From assembly GCF_009834535.1 (NCBI RefSeq), contig NC_045698.1:9116001-9180000 (forward strand): DNA of 64,000 nt, given 5' to 3'. The position numbers were made by a program, and so were the translations under genes. This DNA comes from Camelus ferus (lineage: Eukaryota). Of this stretch, positions 50,057-62,395 are shown piece by piece (within the stretch, counting starts at the first letter, position 1; the number at the start of each line of letters is the position of its first letter). Under the pieces are notes generated by a model that saw only the letters and a program-made list of their open reading frames with translations, was not told the DNA's origin and made no database searches.

Positions 50057-51638
50057 GATGGAATGGGGCTTTGGGGCTGTTTGGGGGCAAGGATATTGTT
50101 AGTTCTATGTATGGAAGAAAGATGCAAAAGGATATTTGAAGACCAGGAGGGAAGACTGTACCAGAGACTGATAATGCTTACTGATGAAACCATGTGTTTG
50201 CCTACGTTTTTCAGTCCCCTTGAAGATGTAGGCTGTGCTGTAACACCACTAACTGGCCAGTAGGCTGTGGCTAGAGTGGTATGTTTCATCTAGACAAAAA
50301 TGTTAAGGAGCCAGTGCTTTGTTTTATATGCTCTATTTTCATAAGACAACAATTGTGAAAAATATTGTGAAATGGTACAGCTTCATAATCATCATTGGTT
50401 ATGTACCTTGAGTAAGACAGCAGTGTTTGTCTCTTTAAGTGCCCAAGAGTGGGTGGCACTTTTTGTTTGTTTAGTTGGTTTTATCTCACCATAGTTTATC
50501 TGACTAATAAATTAAGTTGTCATAAGTTACCAAACATTTTACAGTTCATTAGATTTGTATGTGTATTTTTAGTTAGGTTTTCATTGTTTTTTTAAAAAAA
50601 ATTCATAAAAATAGTTTCTTATCAGCTACTTCCCTTCACATTTTTTTTCATACAATTGTTTAGATGACAAGTATAGATGATAACTAAAATATATGCTTAA
50701 GAAGAGAAACCAGAAAGAAATCAACTTTAATTTTCATCTCATTTAAATCCTGAAGAAGAGGAAATATGTAAGGACAACTTAACAAGTGGTAAAAAGGTAA
50801 AAATAAATTTGTAAATCATATATTTAAAATGTAAACTAATAAATTTTACTAATATATGAACTTTATTAAATACAGAGTAAAACACACGTGTCCTCGCTCT
50901 CACTATTCTTAGGTAACACATGCTCTAAAACCTTCAAATACATCAGGGGTGAAATTTAGCTCAGCACACTGAAAATGCAGAGTTACATTACACAATCAGG
51001 TGTAACATTGCCACAGTATTATTTTCTGTATTGTGTCTTCAATGTGATGTTCAGTGTTTTCTAATACCATTCCTGAATCCATCAATATCATTAACTCATA
51101 ATACTTCACCTTTGCTATGAGATAGGTTACAATTATTGCAGCTCCTAGAATTAATCAGCATCATTAATGGTCTAGAAAAGCCACCTTTTAAAAAATGTCT
51201 GCAGTGACTCCATATGATTTTCATCTGGCTGATTGTAGTGTCTAGTACTTCCTTGATCAAGTTATTAGAAGTCTGTGGGAGGCAGGGTTTGACACCCTAC
51301 CACCAACCACATAAGAGGAGGTACATGCTTTCCTTGTTACAACAATTATTTGGAAATCATTTCTAAGATCCTTCTCTTTGGAAATTGCTCAATGGTTGGG
51401 TCTCTCTAGCCGGCGCCATGGTTTTGTCTCTCTGCTACTCTGTTCCTGACAGCTTTGTCCATACATGACAGAGAATGCATAGAACACATGTCCCTACAAT
51501 TAGAAAGAGCAACCTTGCAGTCTTAAACAACTAGCATTTCATGAACATACACAATAATATATTTGCAATATGCCTCACTTCATATATCCAGTGAGGCAGG
51601 TAGGGGGATTAAGATTCCTTGTAGTTCATTCAAGTTTG

Positions 51639-51691
51639 ATTAAGCTTTTGGTTATAATTAGATATCATTAAGCTTTTGGTTATAATTAGAT
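51639..51691. repeat. Tandem duplication, 25 bp identical, period 28
   Basis: attaagcttttggttataattagat at 51639-51663 and 51667-51691. Confidence 0.96.
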
Positions 51692-52389
51692 GTTGTATGA
51701 ATATATAAACATGCAGGTCAACATTTACTCTATATGCCAAATTTTAATTTATTAATTGCCAAGAATAAACATTTTTTCAACAACTTGCAAAGACGTCTAT
51801 AATTTGCGGCACCATTTTCTTGATTTTACATCAGAATATTGCTTTAGTTAGGGCTTGGAGAATTGCATGTTTTTGATTTGAGTATTCACCTGTAGCTTAC
51901 AGAGCCTGGCACAGATGCAGCATATGACAGCATTTGCAAATCAGTAGTGAGTAGACCCTGCGAGTTCTTCCCCAAATCATCTCTCTCAATTGTCACAACT
52001 CTAATACACTTAAATACTCTCTATAATTTCCACATAGTAATGAATAAATATAACAAAAGACTTCTACTTGGTGACATTCCCTACAACAAACTTTTGTTGT
52101 AAAGGTCATCTCAACCTTTCATATTTAATCATTCCTGGATAACATCACTCTCTGTTCCCTTGGTTTGATATCTGTTTCTTCTTCCTTCTCTGTTTGAATT
52201 TGCCTATGTCTCTTTACTGGCCTCTTTATTTTCAACTTATTTTAAATTTGTTGCAAATGTGTTTTATTATTGACAGCAAAAATAAATATTCTGCTGGTTA
52301 GTATAGTATCTTCTTTCATGCTAGTCTGTCACATGGGGGTGTTTAGAACACTAACATGTAGAATGCTAACTTCAATGCTTTGATTTCTA

Positions 52390-52826
52390 CGAGCAGAAAG
52401 ACTCAGCTTGACTATCACGTTCTTGGTCTTTCTGGGTCAGAAATTGCCAGCACACATGATAATTAAAAACTTCTATGGGAATGAGGTTATAATCCATCAA
52501 ACTGGAATCATCAGTCTCTTCCCAGTGCTCATGCCTTCTAACCTGTTTCCCGGATTTCCTCAGACCATGAAGTGACAACTGTGGACAAATCCCCTTTGCT
52601 GGGATGCAGAGAAAGACCATGGCTTGAGGGACACCCAGATGCCTGGGTCTCAGGAGCCACTGGGCTCTGGGATTCCAACAACATGGAGTTGGCCGGAAAG
52701 GAGAGTGGAAACAGGACCTGTGCTCCATATTCCCAGAATTTTCTCTGCTCTCTGTCACTTCTGCCCCAACACCTCACTCAAGCCCCGTATGCACGTTTCT
52801 CCCTTATCCTGGGGTATGTCTTACAA
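52390..52826. mobile_element. Possible ancient LTR remnant, family not recognised
   Basis: GC-richer block with sharp boundaries ending '...gtatgtcttaca'. Composition is the only evidence. Confidence 0.3.
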
Positions 52827-53336
52827 GGAGTTCTGAAAGGCTCATGTTTTAAGTAAAAATTTAATATTTTGATGCTAAGAATTTCAACTTATTCCAAAAT
52901 GCATGTAAAAGAAACAAAACAAACAGAACAAAACAGGTCCAACAAATATGGACAATACTGTTCTTAATCAAATCAATATTTTCTTTTGAAACATCTTCAA
53001 ATAATTACATTAATTTTTAGATGCAGAACTTAAAGATAGAAGACAAATATCACAGGAAAAGAACTCAGTATTTTATAATCTGAAAGTTTTGCTATTATCT
53101 TTATATGAACTTAGAAAGTGGGGAAGTTCAGTTATTTTTTAAGTTCATTTATTATTATTTACTCTCGACTTTTAGTAGACAAAGATGAATTATCTAATTG
53201 TGGAATGACAATGCCATCTAAATCCTTCTGTATTGTCCCTGAATTTAGAATGTTTTAATGTACCAATCTCTTGTCAAGTGGACTCAAGAGATGTGTAATC
53301 TTTAAAATTGTGATTCTCATCTCACACAGTTTTAAG

Positions 53337-53365
53337 ACACACACACGCACACACACATACACACA
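53337..53365. repeat. (AC)n microsatellite, interrupted
   Basis: Directly visible. Confidence 0.95.
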
Positions 53366-55579
53366 AAATAAAGTGACAACAATATTGCCAGAAACTTAAT
53401 CATTTCACATTGGACACATCCTCAGTTTACATACTTATTGGTGTTTAAAGATAACTTCAAGATCTATAGCCAATTTATGTTTTCATTATATTTATAGTTT
53501 TAAATACAAATAATATTTAAATTTTTGGTTGAATTTACTTTTAAATTGTTGACTTTAATCATTAACTTGAATCTTCTCTTTCACTGGCCCTTGTTTTACT
53601 GCATATACACACACTCATCTCCCTACTATTGTAAACAAAATTTAAGAGACATTAAAAGATTAAAAACCTGTTGTTTATACACCTGAATTTCCTTTGTAAA
53701 TAAAATAAATAAAAATACTATACCTACAAATAATATACTTTACTTAAGAAGACAAATAATAATATGAACATGATTATTTGGAAAAAAGGTGAACACAATT
53801 TTATATATTTATCTAACCCCTTTTTGTTGTGTTCTTGTTCTTTTAACAGGTTGGAAAAATATATGTTTATCTGTAATAAAATTTAAATAAAAATTAATAT
53901 TGCTTGACCTTATTTAAGAAAACATGCCAACTGGTTGTTATTGGAACACAGAGAAAAAAGAGTAGGATTTATTCCTTTTGGACTGAATCATACTTAACTA
54001 AATTGTGCAACAGCTAATTTTAAATTTATGCTTGCAGAAGATACTCCAAATGACAGATCAAAATGTGATGCACCCAATGTCTGTTTCTGCCAATATTACA
54101 CTAAGGGGGACATTGTTTGCAAACCAAGGTGAATCTGTGAGTGTTCCTCTATGTGATTATAGAAATGTTATGTATAAACAGATGATAAAAACATAAATAC
54201 ATAAAGCTGCTAGTCAGGGATGATCCCATGTGTAATTTCAGTAATTTTCTACTTACTGAGCCTTATTTATGACACAGTGAGATATCTTTTATATTCAGAA
54301 ATATGTTATATTTTTTCTTCAAAAGCTGGTTTCATATATCATTTTGAATTTCTCTCAGTTTAACAGCATTGTTCAAACTGATTTATTTCCTTTTTTAGAT
54401 CTGAAAAGTGGGAAATTTTTACTCTTCATTTTAAATGAAGAGTAAATTAGTCTTCATTTTGGAAATACCACCTACCTATTAAAAAATGAAACAGCAGTTG
54501 CAATTTAGGGCATGAAATTTTTAAAATGCAATGGAAAAGCACAGTGTTATTCCCACAAAAAGCCCCAGTGGGAACATAACAGCCAAAACTAGCAGTAATT
54601 TTGGCTCTAGTTAAGCTCTGGAAGTATCATCCTAGAAGCAAACTTATTTTGTGAAAAATCTACATTTTAAGTGCCCAAAGATAAGCTTGGGTAACAATAT
54701 TTTCCCATGTACAGCTGTTTCTACATCAAGATGACCTTTCTGAAAATGAGTTTCACTGGTCTACCCCGTAGAAGTCCTGATGCTCTGCTTCCTTATAATG
54801 TACAAATATCTGCAGTCATCTTATTCAGAAACGCGTAATGGAAAATGCCATAAGTGTATCAGATAAATATAAATTTCTCAAGTTATCTGACACTATCTGC
54901 TGCCTGACTCTACATAAAAAGGCTAGATTTCATCCTTAAATATAATCTCTTTTTAGCCTTTGTAGACTAGCATGTTACTTTGAAACTACAGTTGCTGGAC
55001 TCCATAAATGATACTAAAGCAATACTGGGAAATGTTTCCTATTATAAGACAGACTTCCATAAGGACAATTCCAGTGTGCAACATGAGAGGTCTGTTCAGG
55101 AGTCCACACATCAAATTAACACTGCCCATGCTTTGGCCCGTGCATGGAGCATTCCACAGGAAGTGAAACAGGCACTTGGAGGCCTTTCCATGACATCCGT
55201 TCATTCACTTGTCTGCTCACAGGTTACTGACCTCATATAGGGGAGGCTCAGGTGACGATGTTTTGGTCTACAGTATACTGTCTGTTTTGCAGAAGCATTT
55301 ATTTCTTGCATCTTTGTTTACCCTCCCCTTAAATGAGGACATATCTCAATTTTAAAAAGTCAGAAGAAAGAAGAGAATTATATTTTCTCATAAATATTAC
55401 CTGTAAGGAAGTGAATATATCCCTAAAACAAATTTGAGCATGGTCAAATTGTTCTGGGGGCACGATGCTAGTTTATTTTCTGAGTATTTATATAATGAGA
55501 CCATTTTGTTCCATGCTACAAGGTAAACTTAGACAGCAATAAGCGTGCTTCTGTGAGGTGTGCTCTCTGTCTCTCTGGG

Positions 55580-56340
55580 CCAAGGGTATTTGCCCCCAAC
55601 ATTGACGTTTTGCTGGACCACGTGGCTTCCTGTGGCCAACGGAATGTCATTGCAGGGGATGCAAACCGAGGCTTTAAATAAACTCATCTGGTTTGGCTTG
55701 CTTCTTGCACTTGGGTCTATCTTCCAGGGAACTGAGTTCAGAGGTAGCCTGGACTGTCGCAGTAGGTAAGCCTAATAATGGTCCTTCAAATAAAACATAT
55801 TTAAATGATCGTCATACTTATCTTAAACCCCAGAACCTATGAATACGTTACGTTCTATGACAAAAGAGACTTTGGAGATGTGATCATGTACCTTGAGATG
55901 GGAAGATGACCTGGACTATTTGGGTGGACTAGTCTAATCACAGTGGTTTTTACCAGAGTAAAGCAGGACAGTCAGAGAGGAAGAAAAAAGACATGGGATG
56001 ACAACAGCAAAGGTTGGAGAAATGCAAGGAAGGGAACACTAGCCAAGGGATGTGGGTGAACTTTACAAATCATGAAAAGCAAGAAAACAGACTCTCCCTA
56101 AAAGAATCCAGAAAGAGTGCAGTCCCGTCATCACCTTAAGTTTTGGGCTTCCGACTTCTAGGACCATAGAGATAATACTTTTGCATTGTTTTAACCCAAC
56201 AAGTTCGTGGTAATTTGGTAGAGCAGCAAAAGGAAGTTAATACAATATCCATGAATACATACAACCAGAATCAAACCCACAGCCTGGGTCCAGGCCAGCA
56301 GATTTCAGTCTAAAGCAGAGCCATTTTAGACGAGCCTTAG
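55580..56340 (+). mobile_element. Old MaLR LTR (MLT1H/I-like) with a nested MLT1D-like LTR at about 55755-56244
   Basis: Outer element: 'ccacgtggcttcctgtggccaacggaatg...ggctttaaa'. Inner element: 'gagactttggagatgtgatc...gttcgtggtaatttggtagagcagcaaaaggaagttaataca'. The outer element resumes after 56244. Confidence 0.8.
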
Positions 56341-59300
56341 AAGTTTGTTTATGAAGTAGAAGTTCTGTCTCTTTCTCTCTTTGCCTCTCTCTCTCTCAAG
56401 GCAAATACATATCTTTATTTTTCTGTTTTACCTAAAACAGAATTATAGATAGATGGATACATAGATTCTGGTTTGAACTGGCTATAGTTAAGATTATAGG
56501 CTATAATTTAGGGTACGAAAGAATGTATCTTGTATCTAGTTGCATATCTGCTTATAAGGATATATTTATCATTTTTAATGGATCCAAATTATTAGTTGCT
56601 CTAAATAATTTTTTTAACTAGTAGTCAAAGGAGGAATAAAATTCAGCCCAACTGTTCTTACTATATAATTAGAGAATATATATTGTTGGTAAATAACTGA
56701 TAAATACTATATTGATATAAGTATATTAAAAATTGTGTGAATTTTGTTAATACACCTGAATGTTAATTCATGCTAAATTATCTACCTTGCATCTGGCCTG
56801 AGAGGCAGGAATAAAAATTTAGATGATGAATCATACTGAGTTGAGAATTATGTGCGGCTTTCAAAAATTTTTTTCAATTAATCAGGCTGAACTTTATCTT
56901 ATAAGTATAGAAACAGAGAAATAGTCCTTTCAGTGTTAGAGAAAAAAAGATTCTTTTTGTATTCTATGTTACCTTGTTATATGTTAAGTTAAAATTTTTT
57001 GAAAAAAAAGTTTTGAATTATGTTTACTTTGAAAATCAATATAGAGTATGTCATATATATTTAGTAAAGAGAATGTAGACAATTTGATATAAAAGACAAT
57101 TAAATAATTGCTTATGAACTGAAGATTAAAATTATTCTTTCAAATTCTGTTATGTTTTTTTGCCCAAATCACAGAAAAAAATAGATGAGCAAGCATTTAA
57201 AATTCAGAGCTATATCCAATCATTTGTTAATCAGCTAATATTCTTATTTTGAGGCGAATAGAAAAATATCTGGAGACCTTGATCATTTAATGTTTAATTA
57301 AAATATTACACATTTAAATATTTTTAATGCAATCACTAGCTAGGAATTTAATTTCCCAGCAGTGCCTCTGCTGAAACTTGTTTACCTCTGCTTCTCCCCA
57401 GTTCTGTGTTTTTGCTTAATCCTTTTGCTCTGGAAAGTGGAAGTAGTTCCCCAGGGAGTTCTTTGCACTCCAAAAATGTCAAGAAAGTTTGACAGCTCTC
57501 CAATGAAGATGAAATTAGAATAACATAGCTGACAAAAAGAAAAATCCAACCAAATAAGCATATAATTGTTCATCGAACGTAGAACTTGTGAGACAATGAC
57601 TTGTTTCCTAGGCAATTACGTCATTGCCTGGTATGCATGAAATGTCTCTGTGCAGGTGTCATCAAAGGGCAAACGATGACCCGATGTTCTGAACGCCTCT
57701 GTGGATGTGTAATGTCAATGAAAGCAGGCACCCAGAAGTTACTCAGTATTGTTTGCTGAAATAGTCCGAAACAGCCAAAAATGGCCACCAAGACTGGAAA
57801 TCCTGCAAAAAAGAGATCTCCGTGAATTTGATAGTGGTATTTTTTTGTTTGTGTGTTTTAACCTATTGAGTCCATCACTGCTAATGGAGTTTTCATGGTG
57901 GTATCAGCAAACAGCAAACTGAACGAAAGAATTAGGCTCTGGTGTCTCAGCAGAAAATATAATTATATCTGTAATTTTTTTTTGTAATAGTAAGAATAAG
58001 CACAATAATTAATAATAAAATAATCTAAATATTTTAGGCATTTGTATTTGAGTATTACTGGGTTTCTATCTTCTGGCTGCATTTTGATTACCAGGGTAAA
58101 TATAAGGAATATTTCAATTATACACAGTTAAGCCAACCCCTACACCATTATTTGAGTGACTTTCTCCTCTTCATTGTAGTGCGCTAATTTATAACAATTA
58201 GAAAAAAGGAAGAAATATGTATAACATACAAAAGAAAATAACATATAAATACAATTTTCTTTTAAAAAGTCTAAGAATTGGAAGGCATGTTTCATAAAAT
58301 GTAAATCAGACATACACATTTTATTACACACCGATTATCAGCATGTAGCTGGGAATTAGCCAAATGACAATGACAAAACATTTAATGCTGTATTTTACAA
58401 ATTCGAAATGATTTCTAATGGATTTGACTGTTCAATAGTCCAATTATTAGTGTTTTTTTTTTAAACAGGTAGATAGCTAATATGATTAGAGAAAAGCTCG
58501 AGTTTATTAGCTTTCTCAGAAAATTGCCTACTTTAGAGGGAAAAGTACATTAACCCTCTTAATTTCTTGATGGCAAAGAAATATTGCCATGTAGGTACTA
58601 ATGAGTGAATAAAAAACTTACATTTTAAAATTATTTAACTCGATACACAGATTTTATTGAAGGAATGATGTATTTTATTAAAAGTACAAGGATTTTATAT
58701 AATTTACATGTTTTCCAGCGTAAGTACTTTTAAGTAACAAATTAAGTTTCATAATCTAGTTTACATGCTTGTGATACATGGATTTTTATATTTTTTTCCT
58801 GACAAGATACTTTGCTTAACTCAGTGGTTTTGTCTAATTGCAAAGAAGATGAGTCTTTAGGAAATATTGGTCTCCCCATCTAAATTGCAAGAGAAAAACA
58901 CAATTGATGTCCAAATGACTATGTTTGAATAAAGCTTCATGTTATACAAAATGTAAATGTAAATTACATTAATTTGTTTGTCATAAAATGCTTGGAGGAA
59001 TGTTTCCCAGACACCTGTATGATCTCTGTCATAATTATAAAAATTTTCTTGCTGTTGTACAAATTCCATGAAGGAAATTATCTTTCTGTTATCATCAGAA
59101 CTAGTAAGAGCAGCCTGAGGTCCACTCCGAAAGCCCTGATTTTAAGCATCAGTTAAGTGCTTACCCGATCTGTCTTAACTGATTATTGGATGTTCAGTTT
59201 CACTGTAAACTAAATGATAACGTAATAAGACAAACAAAATGAATGTCTAACTTTCTCACTGTTGTTAAACTGTCCCAAAGAAGTTATTTGTGCAAAGATG

Positions 59301-59989
59301 TCTTTTAAGGGACTTGAACTTATGTGAACGTTAGTAGCGGTTGTGACCTCTAACTTCTAAAACTTTGCACTTTAAATTAGCGTTTTATTTAATAACTTGT
59401 CCTTCTAATAATGACTAAATTGATGTATCTGTTTTTAAAAGTAAAAACTGAATATGCAGTTTATGTGTAAAGACAAATGAAGGGCACTTCTTATACTCTG
59501 AGAGCATTTCAAAGTCTAACATTTCAAACATTCTTCTAAAGAAAAAATAATTTTTAAATGTATTATCTCTCATACAAGTTGAGCTACCAAACCATTGTAC
59601 CAAAATGAGCACTTTCACTCTGTCAAATAAAGGTCAAAAATATATGTTCACATTACTTATATTCAACAATAAACTACATTCTGCAGAACGATGATAACTT
59701 TTGACTTCAACTTTAACTGCTATTTGAGATAAATAATGAAAAAAATGAGTAAAGTATTCTTAAAGAAAAGCATGAGAGAATTTATTAACATAAAATGTTA
59801 ATATTTAAAATCTAAATGATAAACTCATTTCTGTGTTTGTGATTTTTAATTTCATTGGCTATTAGGCACGCATAGTTAATATTTACTTACCATGTATAAA
59901 TGTACTTATGGAACTTGAATATTATATGGTATGTGTTAGAAATATGCCAATTTAGGCTTACATTAGATTTTTCTCATGCTTTTTTCTCA

Positions 59990-60195
59990 TTGTGTCTAGT
60001 GTGTCCATACTCACTCTTGTGAAGATAAGACCTATTTTCATGGCTTTAAGTACCATATATATGCTGACAAATCCCAAAATGTTATCTGTAATCCAGAACT
60101 CTATTTACTTTATGCTGCAATCATTAGATAATTTTATAACTCAATTTACATCTATATTTGTCAACATCATCCTGAAATCTACACTTAAAAATTAA
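59990..60195 (+). mobile_element. L2 fragment
   Basis: 'tcatggctttaagtaccatatatatgctgacaaatcccaaa' corresponds to the RT YADD region. Confidence 0.7.
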
Positions 60196-60849
60196 AACAC
60201 AATAACAAAATAAGATATTTAATGGAAATAAACATTTGCAGCCCTTCCTTTGCATAATACTGTGCTAACTACAACCTCTGCATACTCATTTTGAGACCTC
60301 CATTTGCAAGTTTCTGTGGTCACTGGTCACTGAAATTCAGCACTGGTCACGCAACAATCATGCAAAGTGAAGACAGCCTGTAACTTGTAATGACTCCTCA
60401 GGAGTAATGTTCCCCACCCTCCACCCCCCGAAATAGAGGCTTATGATAACTTATTTTCCAGACAATTTCCCATGAGTTCCATAGAGGTTCCTTCCCGATC
60501 CTTCCAAAGACAATTTTAATTATATTTATATGTAAAGTTTCCCTAGAACAATATGTAAACTGAAATTTAATAGTGACTAAATTATCTAAAATTCTGTGTT
60601 ACTTTTAGATCTTTAGTGCTTAAATTTAAAAGTGTTTTAAAATCCCAAATGAAGTTGTTTTGCCGTATGGAAAAATATACTTGATTTACTAACACTTTTC
60701 ATTTAAAAACTATATGTTATTTTAATGAATTTTATCAAAGTCCACTCTTCAGATAGATAACCTCTATATGCAGAGGTGTTGAATTGAAAAGAACAAGAAT
60801 TCTAGATTAAAATTTTTAATTTGCCTAAAACCCGATCAAACTAAAAAAA

Positions 60850-61305
60850 CCAGCATTCATTTGATGAGAAGGAATTTCACTGTTATGGTCTTCCTTCCAA
60901 AAAACTCACTAACTCCACTCTAACAATGACACAGACATCAATGAAATCCAAACTGAGGGACATTCTATAAAATACCAGACCAATATCAAAATTGTCAAGA
61001 TCAACAATAACAAGTGAAGTCTGAGAAAAAGTCACAGACCAGGGAAGGCTAAGGAGACATGATTTTTAAACGTGAAGTGTCACCTAGATGGGATCCTGGG
61101 ACAGAAGGAGTGAAGAGGGAAAGCATCTGATCAAACTGTGGAATTTAGCTAATAAGAATGTAACAGCTATTTCCTTAGTTCTGACAAGAGTATATAAGAA
61201 GTTACCAATAGGAGAAACCAGGAGTGGTGTATGTGGAAACTCTCTGTGCTCTGTTTACAACTCCTCTGTAAATCTAAAATTATTCTAACATAAAGTTTAC
61301 TTTCA
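60850..61305 (+). mobile_element. L1MD/L1MC-type 3'UTR
   Basis: 'gagggacattctataaaatacc...gctaaggagacatg...gatgggatcctgggacagaa...ctgtaaatctaaaattattctaa'. Confidence 0.85.
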
Positions 61306-61773
61306 TAAAATATACCATAAAGGTTAACCAACTGTTCAAATGAAGTCATAAACAAAATTTAGCAATTTCAAATAATTGAATTATTTATGTCTTTAATGAT
61401 TTGGTAGGATAGAAGTTTAGAGCATGGTGCAATTCATGAGAAAGTCCCCTCTCTTTTGACATATTTTCTAGGTGGAGTTAAGAGATGCTTATAAGGGACA
61501 GACAGATCACAATTAAAATTTAGAAGTACAACTATATCTATAGTATTTTGGAGATGCTACAGTCAAATGAAACTATTGACCAGAAGACAATACAAATATC
61601 CATTCTAAATTTCACTTTTAAGTAATTTTATTTTGTACACATTCTTAGAAAAATGTATATCACTTCCACTAGATTTTAATTAGATGAATTAAATGTCCTG
61701 AAATCAAGTCATACAACAGAGAGTTCCAAAAGGTGAAATCATCTTGAGCTGTTCTCTGAGTCCCAACAATTCT

Positions 61774-62395
61774 TTTCTTTTTTTAAATTGAAGTATAGTC
61801 AGTTTACAATGTTGTGTCAACTTCTGGTGTACAGCATAATATTTTAGTCATACACATACATACATATATTCATTTTCATATTATTTTTCATTGTAAGTTA
61901 CTACAAGATATTGAATATAGTTCCCTGTGCTATACAGCAGAAACTTGTTTATCTATTTTGTATATAGTAGTTAGTATCTGCAAATCTCAAACCCGTATTT
62001 TGTCCTTTCCCACCCCCGTTCCCCACTGGTAACCATAAGTTTGTTTTCTATGTCTGTGAGTCTGTTTGTTTGGTTTTTTTAAGGTTCCACATGTGAGTAA
62101 TATCATATGGTATTTTTCTTTCTCTTTCTGGCTTATTTCACTTAGAATGATGATCTCTAGATCCACCCATGTTGCTGCAAGTGGTATTATTTTATTCTTT
62201 TTTAAGTCTGAGTAATATTCCATTGTATCAATATCTCACAACTTCTTTATACAGTCCTCTGTCATTGGACATTTAGGTTGTTTCCATGTCTTGGCTATTG
62301 TAAATAGTGCTGCTGTGAACATTGGGGTACGTGTATTTTTTTGAATTAGAGTTCTGTCTAGATATATGCCCAGGCGTGGGGTTGCTGGATCATAT
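61774..62395 (-). mobile_element. Young (camelid-type) 5'-truncated L1 3' end with TSD
   Basis: Reverse-strand YDPATPRLGIY...CPMTEDCIKKL, plus the same 3'UTR as 29449-30273. TSD ccaa(c/a)aattct at 61763-61773 and 62396-62406. Confidence 0.93.

Noticed and set aside
52387..52856. Cluster of 70-123 aa ORFs on both strands
   Set aside because: No recognisable homology or exon boundaries; more likely a GC-richer repeat remnant.
58450..58475. poly-T aaacag|gtagat recursive-site-like motif
   Set aside because: The donor part is weak and the tract is a simple T run, which is common in AT-rich DNA.
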